64,000 nucleotides of DNA from an uncultured Muribaculaceae bacterium (GCA_964636965.1 CAZWST010000001.1:16302-80301), one strand, 5' to 3'. Positions 37,301 to 47,571 are shown, counted from the first letter of the stretch. The notes: a model not told the origin generated them from the sequence alone. Translations and numbers: made by a program.

Positions 37301-38063
37301 GAGTAATGATTATGATAAATTTGCATTAAAAAGACAACAAGATTTAATAAATGGCAATAAACCTTCACATCGTTTTGTTGAAAAACCAATGATGAAAAGT
37401 ATGATGCCAGATTTGAAAGATAAAAAGATATTGATGTTGGGTTGTGGAACTGGAGAAGAGTCAATTTTACTTGAAAGTTTTGGAGCAAATCCAACTAATA
37501 TTGTTGGAATAGATTTGTCGGAAGAATCAATTAGTATTGCTAAGAAGTCTTATCCACTTTTAGATTTTGTTGTAGGAGACATGAACAATCTTCCTTTTTC
37601 AGATGAAAGTTTTGATTTTGTCTATAGTAGTTTAGCAGTACATTATTCAAAAACTCCTGAACTTGTTTATAAGGAAGTATATCGTGTATTAAAAAGTGGT
37701 GGCTTATTCTTAGTTTCATTAGCTCATCCCTTAAGATGGGCATCAAGTGAATGTATGATTAATGATGAGATAGTTAGAGTAATAGGTGTTTCAAAAAGTG
37801 ATAATGGTAATACTGTATATGGCAATTATAATACTTTTTGTAAACATACTTTTTCATCTTTTGCTTGGCAAGATGATGGTGAGGTTTTAGAGTTTTACGT
37901 TGGTTCTCCTTCAATGCATTTTAAACTTTTAAGGAATGCAAATTTTAATATTATAGATTTTACTGAATCAAAATGTATTGAGGATGCAAAAGATGTTGAT
38001 ATTAATTACTATACAAAGAATGTTGAAGTACCACAGTTTATGGCATTCTTAGCCCAAAAATAA
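37290..38063 (+). CDS. Class I SAM-dependent methyltransferase
   Basis: ILMLGCGTGEES motif I, FDFVYSSLAVHY; overlaps the upstream gene by 11 nt. Confidence 0.8.
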   Translation: MTYKSNDYDKFALKRQQDLINGNKPSHRFVEKPMMKSMMPDLKDKKILMLGCGTGEESILLESFGANPTNIVGIDLSEESISIAKKSYPLLDFVVGDMNNLPFSDESFDFVYSSLAVHYSKTPELVYKEVYRVLKSGGLFLVSLAHPLRWASSECMINDEIVRVIGVSKSDNGNTVYGNYNTFCKHTFSSFAWQDDGEVLEFYVGSPSMHFKLLRNANFNIIDFTESKCIEDAKDVDINYYTKNVEVPQFMAFLAQK

Positions 38064-38085
38064 AAGGTGATGATTCACCTTTTTC

Positions 38086-38340
38086 TTATTCTTGATTCTT
38101 AAAAGGATGTTTTATTTTTTCCTTTAATTCATTACCAATAATAGACATTGAATTATTATATAACTCATTTGCTTTTTCTTCGGATACTTTTAATTTCTCA
38201 ATTATGTCTGTTATAATTTTTTCTTTATTATTATTTCCGATTAAAAAGTGACTTTCTAATATGCTATTTAAAATAGAACATTCACTTTCACTTAAACCTG
38301 TACTTTCTTTTAATTTTTCTAATACTTTTTCTTTATTCAT
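38086..38340 (-). CDS. Small hypothetical protein
   Basis: 84-aa helical ORF downstream of the permease gene, RBS AGGAGG. Confidence 0.5.
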   Translation of the reverse strand: MNKEKVLEKLKESTGLSESECSILNSILESHFLIGNNNKEKIITDIIEKLKVSEEKANELYNNSMSIIGNELKEKIKHPFKNQE

Positions 38341-38351
38341 TTTCTTTCCTC

Positions 38352-40658
38352 CTAATCTTTTATTAATGAATATACTGATATCTTTTTTATTTTTTTTGCT
38401 ACTATATAAGCTATTGTTAGAGTAGAGACTGCAATAATAAGTGAAATTCCAATATAGATAATTACTGGATATTCAAAACTTACTTTATATGCTCCAACTA
38501 ATCTAAATATTTTATTATAGATTTGATTCATAACTAGAATATTTATAATAACTCCCATACTTGTACCTATTATTATACTGGGAATGAATCCTCCAATTAA
38601 GTTTACTACTAGTTCTTTATTCTTATAACCTAAGGCTTTAAATATACCAAGCTCTTGTTTTCTTTTCATAATAATTGATGATATTACTATATACAATATT
38701 AAATATATTAAAAGTATTGTAATAACTATTATTATAATACACACTATACTTACTAAAGATACGTACATAGTTATAGCTGAATCCATACTTTCTTGATAGT
38801 TTAGTGTAGATTCAATTATATTTTTATATTTTTCTTTTATTGTGTTTATGAATACTTTTGATTTATTTTCATCACTTAAATATATGTATATTGAGTTTGG
38901 CTTATATTCTTGGTTAATATTTTTATAACCATCAGTAGTCATCTCGATTACATCGCCAGAATAGTTTACTGATTGAATGAATCCAACTACTTTATAGTTA
39001 AATTCTTTTTCATTCTTTTTAAGTGTTATATAATCTCCAAGCTTAATGTTATATTTTTCTTTTATATTACTTCCGATAGAAACTTCTAAATCGCTTTTTG
39101 GGTTAGTACCTTCATAACATAAGTCATTTGCTAAACTATCAAATGTATTTGCTACAAATGTTTTATATGAGTTATCTATATAATTAACTGATCCATTTTC
39201 ATCATAGTAAATAATATTTTTTACATTATCTTCCTTTCTTAAATCTTCTACTATGTCTTTATTTGTTGTAATTATTACGGATGGATGTTCTTCAACTAAT
39301 GTATTGATAAAATTAATTGGATTTACATTTACATTATAGAAAAGTATTCCAATGAAAGAAGAAATGATTGTTATAAATAATAAGACGATACTAAGAAGGA
39401 TATTTTGTTTTTTAGTTTGAACAAAGTTTTTTAACATTAAAATAAAATTAATATTACCTTTTGTTTTTTCTATTTCAAAATGATTTTTACTTACTTTATT
39501 ATTTGCTATTCCTCTTATAGCATTAATTGGATTTAATTTTTTAATTTTTAATGCTGCTATATATGTGAATATTGTTATTAGAGTCATATTAATAATTAAT
39601 ACAAGAATATTTGCTTGTATATCTATATTTATTTTCCAAATGAATCCTGATTGCATTTCAATTACTAATGCTAATAGAGGTAAAAGGAAATATGATAAAA
39701 TGATTCCAAGTGTTGTAAAAATAAATCCATTAATTATGTAAGGAAGTGTACATGAAGTAATTATTTCGTGTGACGAGTAACCTAGAGCCTTTAGTGTTCC
39801 CACATTAGCTATTTCTTCTTCAATAGTTTGCTGTATTTTAAATTTACTAACTAATAAACTAATAATTAGTATTGATATTGCAAATATAGATAGTATTAAT
39901 ACTAAGATATTGGAAATTGCTAGCCTTTGATTTTTTGATTGCTCTTTATAATTCTTTGTAATTATGTTAATATTCTTTTTACTTAAATATTTTGATACAT
40001 CTTGATAAGAATGATAATTGTTATCAGAAATTACTGAAATGGTAGTAACGCATTTGTCTAGATTGTTTTCAAGTAAGTAATTATAAGCATCATTATCTAA
40101 ATATTCACCAATTACTGATGAAGTATAGTTACCAAATTGCATTTCACTTATTACACCTTTAACTTTAAATGAATAAGTAGAATCGTTTATTTGAAATTTG
40201 TATTCATCTAATAAATCTAAATGGGTCTGAATATATGTATAATTTGTTAAATAAATACCATTAGTTATATCTTTGTTTTCTTTTATAATTGTTCTTTTGT
40301 TTATGTGTTGTTTATTTGAAATATTATAAAATAATTGAGTTTGTTCTTGGGTTTCAGATCCAATTTTTACAGGCACATTTAACATGATAGAATCTATTGC
40401 TTCAGCATCTTTGATTCCTTTAATTTTTTTAATATCATTTAGTAAATCATCATTATAATCATACTTAGCGATAGTAAAGAAACTGCTTGCTGTATTAAGT
40501 TTATTTGATTCTTTATCATAATCTTCATTTATATTTAGATTAATCATTATTGCACTTGAAAATAATGTAGTTGAAATCAATAATATTATTGAACTTAAAA
40601 CAATATCTTTTAAATTCTTTTTTAAGAAATATTTGGATAGGTGAATTAATTTTTTCAT
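38352..40658 (-). CDS. ABC transporter permease (two FtsX-like domains)
   Basis: 768 aa, TM clusters in the middle and at the C-terminus; follows the ATPase gene. Confidence 0.8.
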   Translation of the reverse strand: MKKLIHLSKYFLKKNLKDIVLSSIILLISTTLFSSAIMINLNINEDYDKESNKLNTASSFFTIAKYDYNDDLLNDIKKIKGIKDAEAIDSIMLNVPVKIGSETQEQTQLFYNISNKQHINKRTIIKENKDITNGIYLTNYTYIQTHLDLLDEYKFQINDSTYSFKVKGVISEMQFGNYTSSVIGEYLDNDAYNYLLENNLDKCVTTISVISDNNYHSYQDVSKYLSKKNINIITKNYKEQSKNQRLAISNILVLILSIFAISILIISLLVSKFKIQQTIEEEIANVGTLKALGYSSHEIITSCTLPYIINGFIFTTLGIILSYFLLPLLALVIEMQSGFIWKINIDIQANILVLIINMTLITIFTYIAALKIKKLNPINAIRGIANNKVSKNHFEIEKTKGNINFILMLKNFVQTKKQNILLSIVLLFITIISSFIGILFYNVNVNPINFINTLVEEHPSVIITTNKDIVEDLRKEDNVKNIIYYDENGSVNYIDNSYKTFVANTFDSLANDLCYEGTNPKSDLEVSIGSNIKEKYNIKLGDYITLKKNEKEFNYKVVGFIQSVNYSGDVIEMTTDGYKNINQEYKPNSIYIYLSDENKSKVFINTIKEKYKNIIESTLNYQESMDSAITMYVSLVSIVCIIIIVITILLIYLILYIVISSIIMKRKQELGIFKALGYKNKELVVNLIGGFIPSIIIGTSMGVIINILVMNQIYNKIFRLVGAYKVSFEYPVIIYIGISLIIAVSTLTIAYIVAKKIKKISVYSLIKD

Positions 40659-40661
40659 AAA

Positions 40662-41423
40662 TTACCAACCCATCTCTTTTAAGAATTTATCTAATAATAT
40701 ATTACGTTTATTATCTTTTTTATCATATTTTGAAATGTTTAATTCTCCAACTATTTTTCCATCCTTTAAATATATGATTCTGTTACCTCTTAAGGCACTT
40801 TTTTTATCATGTGTTACCATGATGATACTTTGTCCAGAATTATTAAGAGTAGTTAAAACATCTAAAACAGCATTGGAATTATCTGAGTTTAATGCACCAG
40901 TTGGTTCATCAGCAAATATGATGTTTGGATTATTAATTGCTGCTCTCACAATACCGGCTCTTTGGCATTCTCCACCTGAAACTTGATTCATATTTTTTTT
41001 ATATGTTACTTCAGGTATATTAACTTTATCAAATAAGTATTTAGCTTTTTTTATTACTTCTTTTTTATTTTTATTTACAAGTAATCCCGATGTTAAAACG
41101 TTATCCATTAAACTCATTTTATCAAGCATATATATTTGTTGAAAGACAAAGCCGCAGTTTTTTCTTCTAAATATAGCAAGTTCGTCATTATTCATTTTAG
41201 ATATATCTTTTTCATTAAAAAGTATTTTGCCAGAACTGGCTTTATCCATTCCAGAAAGTAAGTACATAAGTGTAGATTTACCTGCACCACTTGATCCCAT
41301 TATAATAGTGAAGTCATCTTTATAAATATCTAAATCTAAGTTATTGATTATTATTTGCTCAATATCTTCACTTTTAAATGTTTTAGTTAGGTTTTTAGTG
41401 CTTATAATTTTTTCTTTTTTCAT
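40662..41423 (-). CDS. ABC transporter ATP-binding protein
   Basis: GSSGAGKST, VSGGECQR, IFADEPTGALN. Confidence 0.9.
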   Translation of the reverse strand: MKKEKIISTKNLTKTFKSEDIEQIIINNLDLDIYKDDFTIIMGSSGAGKSTLMYLLSGMDKASSGKILFNEKDISKMNNDELAIFRRKNCGFVFQQIYMLDKMSLMDNVLTSGLLVNKNKKEVIKKAKYLFDKVNIPEVTYKKNMNQVSGGECQRAGIVRAAINNPNIIFADEPTGALNSDNSNAVLDVLTTLNNSGQSIIMVTHDKKSALRGNRIIYLKDGKIVGELNISKYDKKDNKRNILLDKFLKEMGW

Positions 41424-41426
41424 AAA

Positions 41427-42023
41427 TTAAGCCTCCTTAATTAATTTTTCTATGAATGAAAGAGTACCCGATTTAGCTCCATATATTTTTTCTAATGTAT
41501 CAATAAATACTTTAATGCTAGCTTCAGTTACATCTGTGTGATCAAACATTTCTGTACTTAATATTAGAGTCATTTTAACTCTTTCTTCAATATTATCATC
41601 TATATTAAATATACCTTGATCTTTAGCATCACTCACAATAGATGAGATTAAAGGAACAGCTTCTTCAATTATTTTATCATTAATCTTTTTATGTAAAATA
41701 ATGTTTTCTTTTGTATGTATTGTATCTTTAATTGATTGTTCTTTAGGATTTATTCTAAGTGAGAGAATAGTATAGACAAGTTTTTCTTCTAGTTTTAAAT
41801 CTGATTCAACAATAGAGGTTGCTTTTTTTACACATTCTTCAATCATTGTATTAATTACTTCTTCAAGTAATTCCTCTTTACTTTCAAAGTGATAATAATA
41901 GGTTCCTTTAGCAATGTTAGCTTCTTTAATAATCTCATCTACTGAAGTATTTTCGTATCCTTTTGAGATAAATAAATTGTAAGCAATCTTGATAATTTCT
42001 TTTTTTCTTATTTCTTTTTTCAT
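41427..42023 (-). CDS. TetR/AcrR family transcriptional regulator
   Basis: N-terminal HTH IAYNLFISKGYENTSVDEIIKEANIAKGTYYYHFESKEEL. Confidence 0.85.
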   Translation of the reverse strand: MKKEIRKKEIIKIAYNLFISKGYENTSVDEIIKEANIAKGTYYYHFESKEELLEEVINTMIEECVKKATSIVESDLKLEEKLVYTILSLRINPKEQSIKDTIHTKENIILHKKINDKIIEEAVPLISSIVSDAKDQGIFNIDDNIEERVKMTLILSTEMFDHTDVTEASIKVFIDTLEKIYGAKSGTLSFIEKLIKEA

Positions 42024-42097
42024 AACACATCTCCTTTTTTAGACTATCGGTCGGTTCTGCTAATATTATATGCATTTGTTTAAGAATATGTCAATAT

Positions 42098-42120
42098 TTT
42101 TTAGACTAATAGTCTAAAAA
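42098..42120. promoter_or_regulatory. Perfect palindrome, candidate TetR operator
   Basis: TTTTTAGACTA-A-TAGTCTAAAAA; a related half-site TTTTTTAGACTAT lies at 42035-42047 next to the tetR start. Confidence 0.45.
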
Positions 42121-42149
42121 TAAAAAACTTTAATATTTTTATTAAAGCT

Positions 42150-43868
42150 TTATTTGTTATGTAAATTAATATAGGTTTTACTTTCATGAATTAAATCTTT
42201 ATGTTTACCAATTGAATCAATCTTACCGTTATTTAAAACTATTAATCTGTCAGAAGATTTCATTAAATCTTTATTGTGAGTAATAACAATGATAGTGTGG
42301 TCTGTCTTTAAATCATCTAAAAGTTTTATTATTTTATTTGTTGTGTTTGGATCTAATGCTGAAGTTACTTCATCGAGAAGAATTATTTCTGATGTTGTTA
42401 GAAGGGCTCGTGCAAGTGATATTAATTGCTTTTGTCCTCCACTTATATTAGTTGCATCTTCTTTTAATATAGTGTTATATCCATCTGGTAAGCTTTCAAT
42501 AAATTCATGAATTCCAACTCTTTTACAGGCATCAATTTGTCTTTTTTTATTTGAGTCAATTAAAGATAAATTTGCTCGTATACTCATATTAAATATAAAT
42601 GTTTTTTGATTAACTATAGTGATGTTTTTATTATATACGTCTTTTGTATAGTCATAAATATTTAAATTATCTATCAAGATTTTACCATTATTTACTTTAT
42701 ATAGTCTTAAAAGTAAATTAAATATTGTAGTTTTACCTGATCCAGTTACACCAACAATGGTTGTTACTTGATTAGGATATGCAGTAAATGAAATATTCTT
42801 TAAAATAGGTAAGTTCTCATATTTAAATGAAACATTTTTAAATTCAACAAATCCAGCAATATTATCATTATCAATTATACCAGATAATTCAGGATTATTA
42901 TTTTGATAATTAATTATTTCATTTATTCTATAAAGTGAGACAGATTCTTCCATGATAGAAATATCAAAGTTCACGATATCATTAATAGAACTTTCAGCTT
43001 TATCATAGTAAGATATTAATAATATAAAAATAGCTATCGATATTTTATTTTGAAAAACTTCTATAATTAACATAAAATAAAGTAATATTTTTCCAAAATC
43101 TATTATTAAGCCGACTAAAGTTTTTCTAGTAAAATAGTATTTTCTTTTTAGAAAATAATTTTCTTGCCATCTTTTACGATATCCATCTAACTTATTATTT
43201 AATTTATCACCTATTCCAAAACTTTTTATATCTTTAAGACCAATTAGTATCTGTGATAATAAATTAGTTATTTTATCAGCATAATTAATTTGTCTTTTTA
43301 AATAATATGTATTTAATTCATTACACTTTCTTGCATAGTGGTAATATAATATGTCAACTAATATAACATAAAGTGCAACAAATATATTTTGTTTTAGAAA
43401 TACTAAATATATAATTGATATTTTAAATATTTCAATTGCAAGTTCAAATAGGAAAGAAGGTATTTCTGCAATGTTTATAATATCCATATTGGATGAATTA
43501 ATTATTTTTCCAATCGGCATTTTTTTAGAAAATTCTTCATCAAAGTTGTAAATGCTATTAACAAGTTTTCTATGAACTTCTACATAAGAGGTTTTAAAAA
43601 AATTTGCATAACACCAATTTGTACAGTAAGAACCAAGTTTATTAAAAACGTAGGTTAAACCAAGAAAAATAACTAATATAAAAGTTACATTATATATTTG
43701 ATTTGTAATATTTTCTATGATAAGAGATGAAAAGTAAGGTATTAGTAAACTAATTGATACATTGATTAAATCAATAAATATAAAAGCAATTAAATATTTG
43801 TTTTTAAAGTTTACCAACGTAAAATAATCTTTTGTAATTTTTATATTTCTTTTAAACATATACTTCAC
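42150..43868 (-). CDS. ABC exporter, fused permease and ATPase (MsbA-like)
   Basis: 6 TM N-domain; GVTGSGKTT, ISGGQKQL, ILLDEVTSALD. Confidence 0.9.
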   Translation of the reverse strand: MKYMFKRNIKITKDYFTLVNFKNKYLIAFIFIDLINVSISLLIPYFSSLIIENITNQIYNVTFILVIFLGLTYVFNKLGSYCTNWCYANFFKTSYVEVHRKLVNSIYNFDEEFSKKMPIGKIINSSNMDIINIAEIPSFLFELAIEIFKISIIYLVFLKQNIFVALYVILVDILYYHYARKCNELNTYYLKRQINYADKITNLLSQILIGLKDIKSFGIGDKLNNKLDGYRKRWQENYFLKRKYYFTRKTLVGLIIDFGKILLYFMLIIEVFQNKISIAIFILLISYYDKAESSINDIVNFDISIMEESVSLYRINEIINYQNNNPELSGIIDNDNIAGFVEFKNVSFKYENLPILKNISFTAYPNQVTTIVGVTGSGKTTIFNLLLRLYKVNNGKILIDNLNIYDYTKDVYNKNITIVNQKTFIFNMSIRANLSLIDSNKKRQIDACKRVGIHEFIESLPDGYNTILKEDATNISGGQKQLISLARALLTTSEIILLDEVTSALDPNTTNKIIKLLDDLKTDHTIIVITHNKDLMKSSDRLIVLNNGKIDSIGKHKDLIHESKTYINLHNK

Positions 43869-43983
43869 CTATATAATTGTAAGATTAATTTATTTTTATT
43901 TCTTGACATTTTTAATACCAAATTTGTTCTGTTTAAATATTAAATAGGCGTTAAGGTGGTATAATATATTAAAGGTGGAGTAA

Positions 43984-44463
43984 ATGGAAATAGTAGACTA
44001 TGATAAAAAGTATGATGAAGAAATTAAAGATTTACTAGTTGAGTTACAAGAACATATTGCAAATATTGATAGAGAAAAATACAATATCTTAACTAGTGAA
44101 TATCGAGAAAAGTATTTTAATAAAACTATGGAAGAAGTGATTAGTTATGAGGGTAAAATATTTTTAGCTATAGATTGCGAAAAGGTAATTGGATTAATCG
44201 TGGGGCTTATTAACAATGAAGATGAAAGTACTTATGATTTTAAAGCACCTAAAAGAGGAAGAGTTTCAGAACTTGTTGTATCTTCTTCTTCAAGATCAAT
44301 GGGAATTGGAAATGCTTTACTTGAGAAAATGGAAGAGTATTTTAAAAGTGTTGGATGTAGGGGTGTCTTAATAGATGTTTTTGCTTATAATGAAGGGGCC
44401 CAAAAGTTTTATTACCGAAATGGATATTTCAATAGAAATTTAGAAGTAATGAAATTATTTTAA
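43984..44463 (+). CDS. GNAT family N-acetyltransferase
   Basis: VVSSSSRSMGIGNALLEKM motif. Confidence 0.8.
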   Translation: MEIVDYDKKYDEEIKDLLVELQEHIANIDREKYNILTSEYREKYFNKTMEEVISYEGKIFLAIDCEKVIGLIVGLINNEDESTYDFKAPKRGRVSELVVSSSSRSMGIGNALLEKMEEYFKSVGCRGVLIDVFAYNEGAQKFYYRNGYFNRNLEVMKLF

Positions 44464-44497
44464 ACTTGAATATTTTTAAAATTAAAGGAGAATAATA

Positions 44498-44833
44498 ATG
44501 GATATAAAACGTGTAAAAATATTTGTAACAGTACCTGTAGAAAATGTTAATGAGGTAAGAAATGCTGTATGTGAGGTTGGAGCAGGTGTGATAGGTAATT
44601 ATACTTATTGTACTTCATCAACTAAATCAGTAGGTACATTTATGCCAAATGATAATGCAAATCCGTATATAGGTGAAAATAATAAAATGGAGTTTGTTGA
44701 TGAAGAAAAGCTTGAGTTTGTGTGTGATAAGGATTTAGTAAAAACTGTTTTAGCTAAATTAAGAGAAGTACATCCTTATGAGGAACCAGCTATAGATATA
44801 GTTCCTTTACTTGATGAAGAATTTTTTATCTAG
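44498..44833 (+). CDS. Standalone NIF3/YqfO-type PII-like insert-domain protein
   Basis: KIFVTVPVENVNEVRNAVCEVGAGVIGNYTYCT...ANPYIGE...VHPYEEPAIDIVPL pattern. Confidence 0.55.
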   Translation: MDIKRVKIFVTVPVENVNEVRNAVCEVGAGVIGNYTYCTSSTKSVGTFMPNDNANPYIGENNKMEFVDEEKLEFVCDKDLVKTVLAKLREVHPYEEPAIDIVPLLDEEFFI

Positions 44834-44846
44834 AATGTACTTCTTA

Positions 44847-45191
44847 ATGAAAACGTATGAATATAAAATAAAAAAAGATGTATATGATTTAATTAAGTCT
44901 GGACTTAAGAATACTGAATATAGACTTAAAAATGAAAAAAGTGAAAGTATAAATAAGGGTGACTTAATAGTTTTTAGTGTTCAAGATAATGATAATTACA
45001 AAATAACCGTGAGAGTTTTAGATAAGTTTATTTATGATAATTTGGACTCCTTATGGGAAGCTAAAGAACTAACAAATAATAATGTTTTAAATTTAACTAA
45101 AGATGAGTTTATAGAAAAATTTAATATGATATTTGGTGAAGATAAAGTTTCTTCAAGTAAAATAATCGGGATTAGTTTTGAATTAATTTAA
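44847..45191 (+). CDS. ASCH-domain protein
   Basis: KIKKDVYDLIKSGLKNTEYRLKNEKSESINKGDLIVF; start ambiguous (44811, 44835 or 44847). Confidence 0.55.
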   Translation: MKTYEYKIKKDVYDLIKSGLKNTEYRLKNEKSESINKGDLIVFSVQDNDNYKITVRVLDKFIYDNLDSLWEAKELTNNNVLNLTKDEFIEKFNMIFGEDKVSSSKIIGISFELI

Positions 45192-45277
45192 AACGTTTAC
45201 ATAGATAGTTTGGTAATATTTAGAAATAAATGATAATTATGTGATATAATAAATATATAATGAGAGGATTTTAGAAT

Positions 45278-45811
45278 ATGGAAGCACGTGAAAAAATAGA
45301 AAATTTATTTAGAATTGCAATGCGATACTATGGAAAAGAAGTTGGACTTCAATCAAGTCAACATTTTGGAATTGATCAAATACGTGATAGTGAACTTGAA
45401 AGTGAAGGTAAATATAAATTTATGATGCAATATGGTTTTCCTCAATCGGGAGCTGTTTGTATTCATTTTACTTATGCACCTGAAGAAAGTGAAGTTGCTT
45501 TAGATAAAGTATCAGTTTATGCTTTACCAGAGGGAGAACAAGCTTTTGTTGCAAATATGGCACCAACTTATCAAGAAGGACCAGTAAGTGTATCATTAAA
45601 TTTTGGAATGGATTTGGGAACAATTGAGCATACTACTTCTGCTGAAATAGATGCAAACCCTAACGCTTTAAAAATGCTTGATGTTGCTACATCAGATTTA
45701 CTTAAGGGTCAAATTTTAGGAGACTGTATGGTTGCTGTACCTGAAGGAAGTGACACAATTCCTTGTTGTACAAGTAGAAAGATAGAAAAAGATAAAGGAA
45801 AAGGAAGATAA
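45278..45811 (+). CDS. Hypothetical protein with atypical composition
   Basis: 177 aa, richer in A/G/P/V/Q than neighbours; no motif recognised. Confidence 0.55.
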   Translation: MEAREKIENLFRIAMRYYGKEVGLQSSQHFGIDQIRDSELESEGKYKFMMQYGFPQSGAVCIHFTYAPEESEVALDKVSVYALPEGEQAFVANMAPTYQEGPVSVSLNFGMDLGTIEHTTSAEIDANPNALKMLDVATSDLLKGQILGDCMVAVPEGSDTIPCCTSRKIEKDKGKGR

Positions 45812-45903
45812 AGATTTTAATCTTTATCTTTTTTTATCTTATTTATAATATAGTTAATTATTATATTATATAGTATAATATTATTAGATTGAGGTAATTA
45901 ATT

Positions 45904-46356
45904 ATGAGTACTAATGATGAGCTTTTAGATAGATTAGAAAAAATATTAAATGAAAATAAAGATAAAAGAATTTGTGTAATTGGCACAACCTGTACTGGTA
46001 AATCAACATTAATAAAAAATCTTAATATGGGGTTAGATATGGATGATGCAATATTTCCTTTATTAACTAAAGAAGAAACTGATTATGTTTGTAGTACTCC
46101 ATGGACCGTAGAAATTGGTAAAAAAATGGATGAACTTGTAAGAACAAGGTTATCAATTACAAAAGGTGTTCCCATGTTTGGTACAGTACTTTTGGATTGT
46201 GATTTAATAATATATTTGCATATAAGTGATGAATTATTAAGAATTAGAACTAATTTAAGAAATGCTGATTTTATAAATGCTAAAAATATGCAACAAAAAA
46301 TAGAAGATGAAATTTGTAAATCTAATATTGATACAATTACTTTAGAAGTTAAGTAA
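45904..46356 (+). CDS. Small P-loop NTPase or kinase-like protein
   Basis: Walker A VIGTTCTGKST, Walker B-like DLIIYLH. Confidence 0.55.
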   Translation: MSTNDELLDRLEKILNENKDKRICVIGTTCTGKSTLIKNLNMGLDMDDAIFPLLTKEETDYVCSTPWTVEIGKKMDELVRTRLSITKGVPMFGTVLLDCDLIIYLHISDELLRIRTNLRNADFINAKNMQQKIEDEICKSNIDTITLEVK

Positions 46357-46367
46357 GAAGGTTATTT

Positions 46368-47315
46368 ATGAATTTTAGTGTAGAAGATTTAAGAGATTTA
46401 ATTAGGTCAGGTAAAACTAATGATGAAATAAAAAAGTATAGATTAGAGACTCTTAAAAGTGATGAATATAAAAAGTTAAGATATGAAAGCATTAAAGAAC
46501 AGGGTACTGATCAAGTGTTATTCTATGATGGTTTTATTGATTCAGAATTTAATGTTTCCTTTAAAGGTAATATGGCCACTGATGTAATTTATCATATAAG
46601 TAATGATATTGATTTTTATGATTATTTAATAGATTATATAAGAGCAAACATGGATAAAAAAGGAATGAGTTTTAAAGGTCTTATTCAATTAGTAAGAAAC
46701 TATTTTTCTTTAGATATTTATACTCCGTATGGAAAAGTGTCAAAATTATTAAGAGATTTTCAACCTAATAATAGATATTTTGCGAGAGAAAATTTGCCAT
46801 ATGTTATACATTATTATAGTCATAGTGACTATGCTGGTAGTCTAGAAGATTTTTCTGAATTATATTTAGATAATTTAAGATATAGCTACTTTAAAGATGA
46901 ATCTTTATATATGAGATCTAAGGAATTTTTAAGTTCTATTAACTGGGAAGAAGTTGAAGAAAACTCTGATATAGAGTTAGATTTATCACAACTTAAGGGT
47001 TCTGGAATTGCTGCATGTACAGAGTATTCGATGTTAATACAAAATGCTTTAGCTTTTTTAGGGTATGAGTGTTATATGTTAGGGGGAACCTTGAGTGGTG
47101 TAGATTTTTTAGAAGCTCATAATTTTAATGCTTATCTTACCAAAAAAGGAGAATATAAAATAATTGATGCTTCTCAATGTTGTTGGTCTAATCCTTTGGT
47201 GGGAATTAATTCAGTAGGAGATTTATCAAATATGGATAATGTTCAAGTTGATAATCTATTTGGATTACCAATAAAATATTCATCTGGGCATTTTAAAAAT
47301 AAAACTAAAGAATAG
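46368..47315 (+). CDS. Hypothetical protein with transglutaminase-like Cys-His-Asp core
   Basis: GIAACTEYSMLIQNALAFLGY, EAHNFNAY, KIIDAS. Confidence 0.45.
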   Translation: MNFSVEDLRDLIRSGKTNDEIKKYRLETLKSDEYKKLRYESIKEQGTDQVLFYDGFIDSEFNVSFKGNMATDVIYHISNDIDFYDYLIDYIRANMDKKGMSFKGLIQLVRNYFSLDIYTPYGKVSKLLRDFQPNNRYFARENLPYVIHYYSHSDYAGSLEDFSELYLDNLRYSYFKDESLYMRSKEFLSSINWEEVEENSDIELDLSQLKGSGIAACTEYSMLIQNALAFLGYECYMLGGTLSGVDFLEAHNFNAYLTKKGEYKIIDASQCCWSNPLVGINSVGDLSNMDNVQVDNLFGLPIKYSSGHFKNKTKE

Positions 47316-47334
47316 ATAGGATTTATTTAATAAG

Positions 47335-47552
47335 TATGAGTTAATAGTTTATACAGATTGGTTTTCCAATGATCAAAGAGATAGATTAAAAAAATATAAT
47401 TTAGATAAGTTTTTTTTCTAAAATATATGGATGGATGATTTAGAAATTCCAAATAATATTGGAATATCGACAATTTTTTTAATAGAAAAGCTCTAAAGCA
47501 AGATAAGTGTAAAAAAGTATTTAATTTAGAAACACTTAAAGCAATTCGATAG
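47335..47552 (+). pseudogene. Decayed HAD-hydrolase remnant (paralog of 24962..25690)
   Basis: YELIVYTDWFSNDQRDRLKKYNLDKFFF, in-frame TAA (47419), then NIWMDDLEIPNNIGISTIFL; lacks motif I and about 35 internal residues. Confidence 0.55.
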
Positions 47553-47571
47553 TGTATTTTTATAAAATAAA

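Noticed and set aside
37102-37746. Minus-strand ORFs 37102..37494 and 37540..37746
   Set aside because: They are antisense to the ASKHA and methyltransferase genes, which carry clear motifs.
42098-42120. Reading the 23-bp palindrome as an intrinsic terminator
   Set aside because: On both strands the T tract precedes rather than follows the stem, and the loop would be only 1-3 nt. An operator is more plausible.
40735-42510. Plus-strand ORFs 40735..40986 and 42289..42510
   Set aside because: They are antisense to ABC ATPase domains with canonical Walker and signature motifs.
47335-47552. HAD remnant as the integration target split by the island
   Set aside because: The remnant retains its 3' end and its own terminator before the island, and no matching 5' half is seen beyond the recombinase end.
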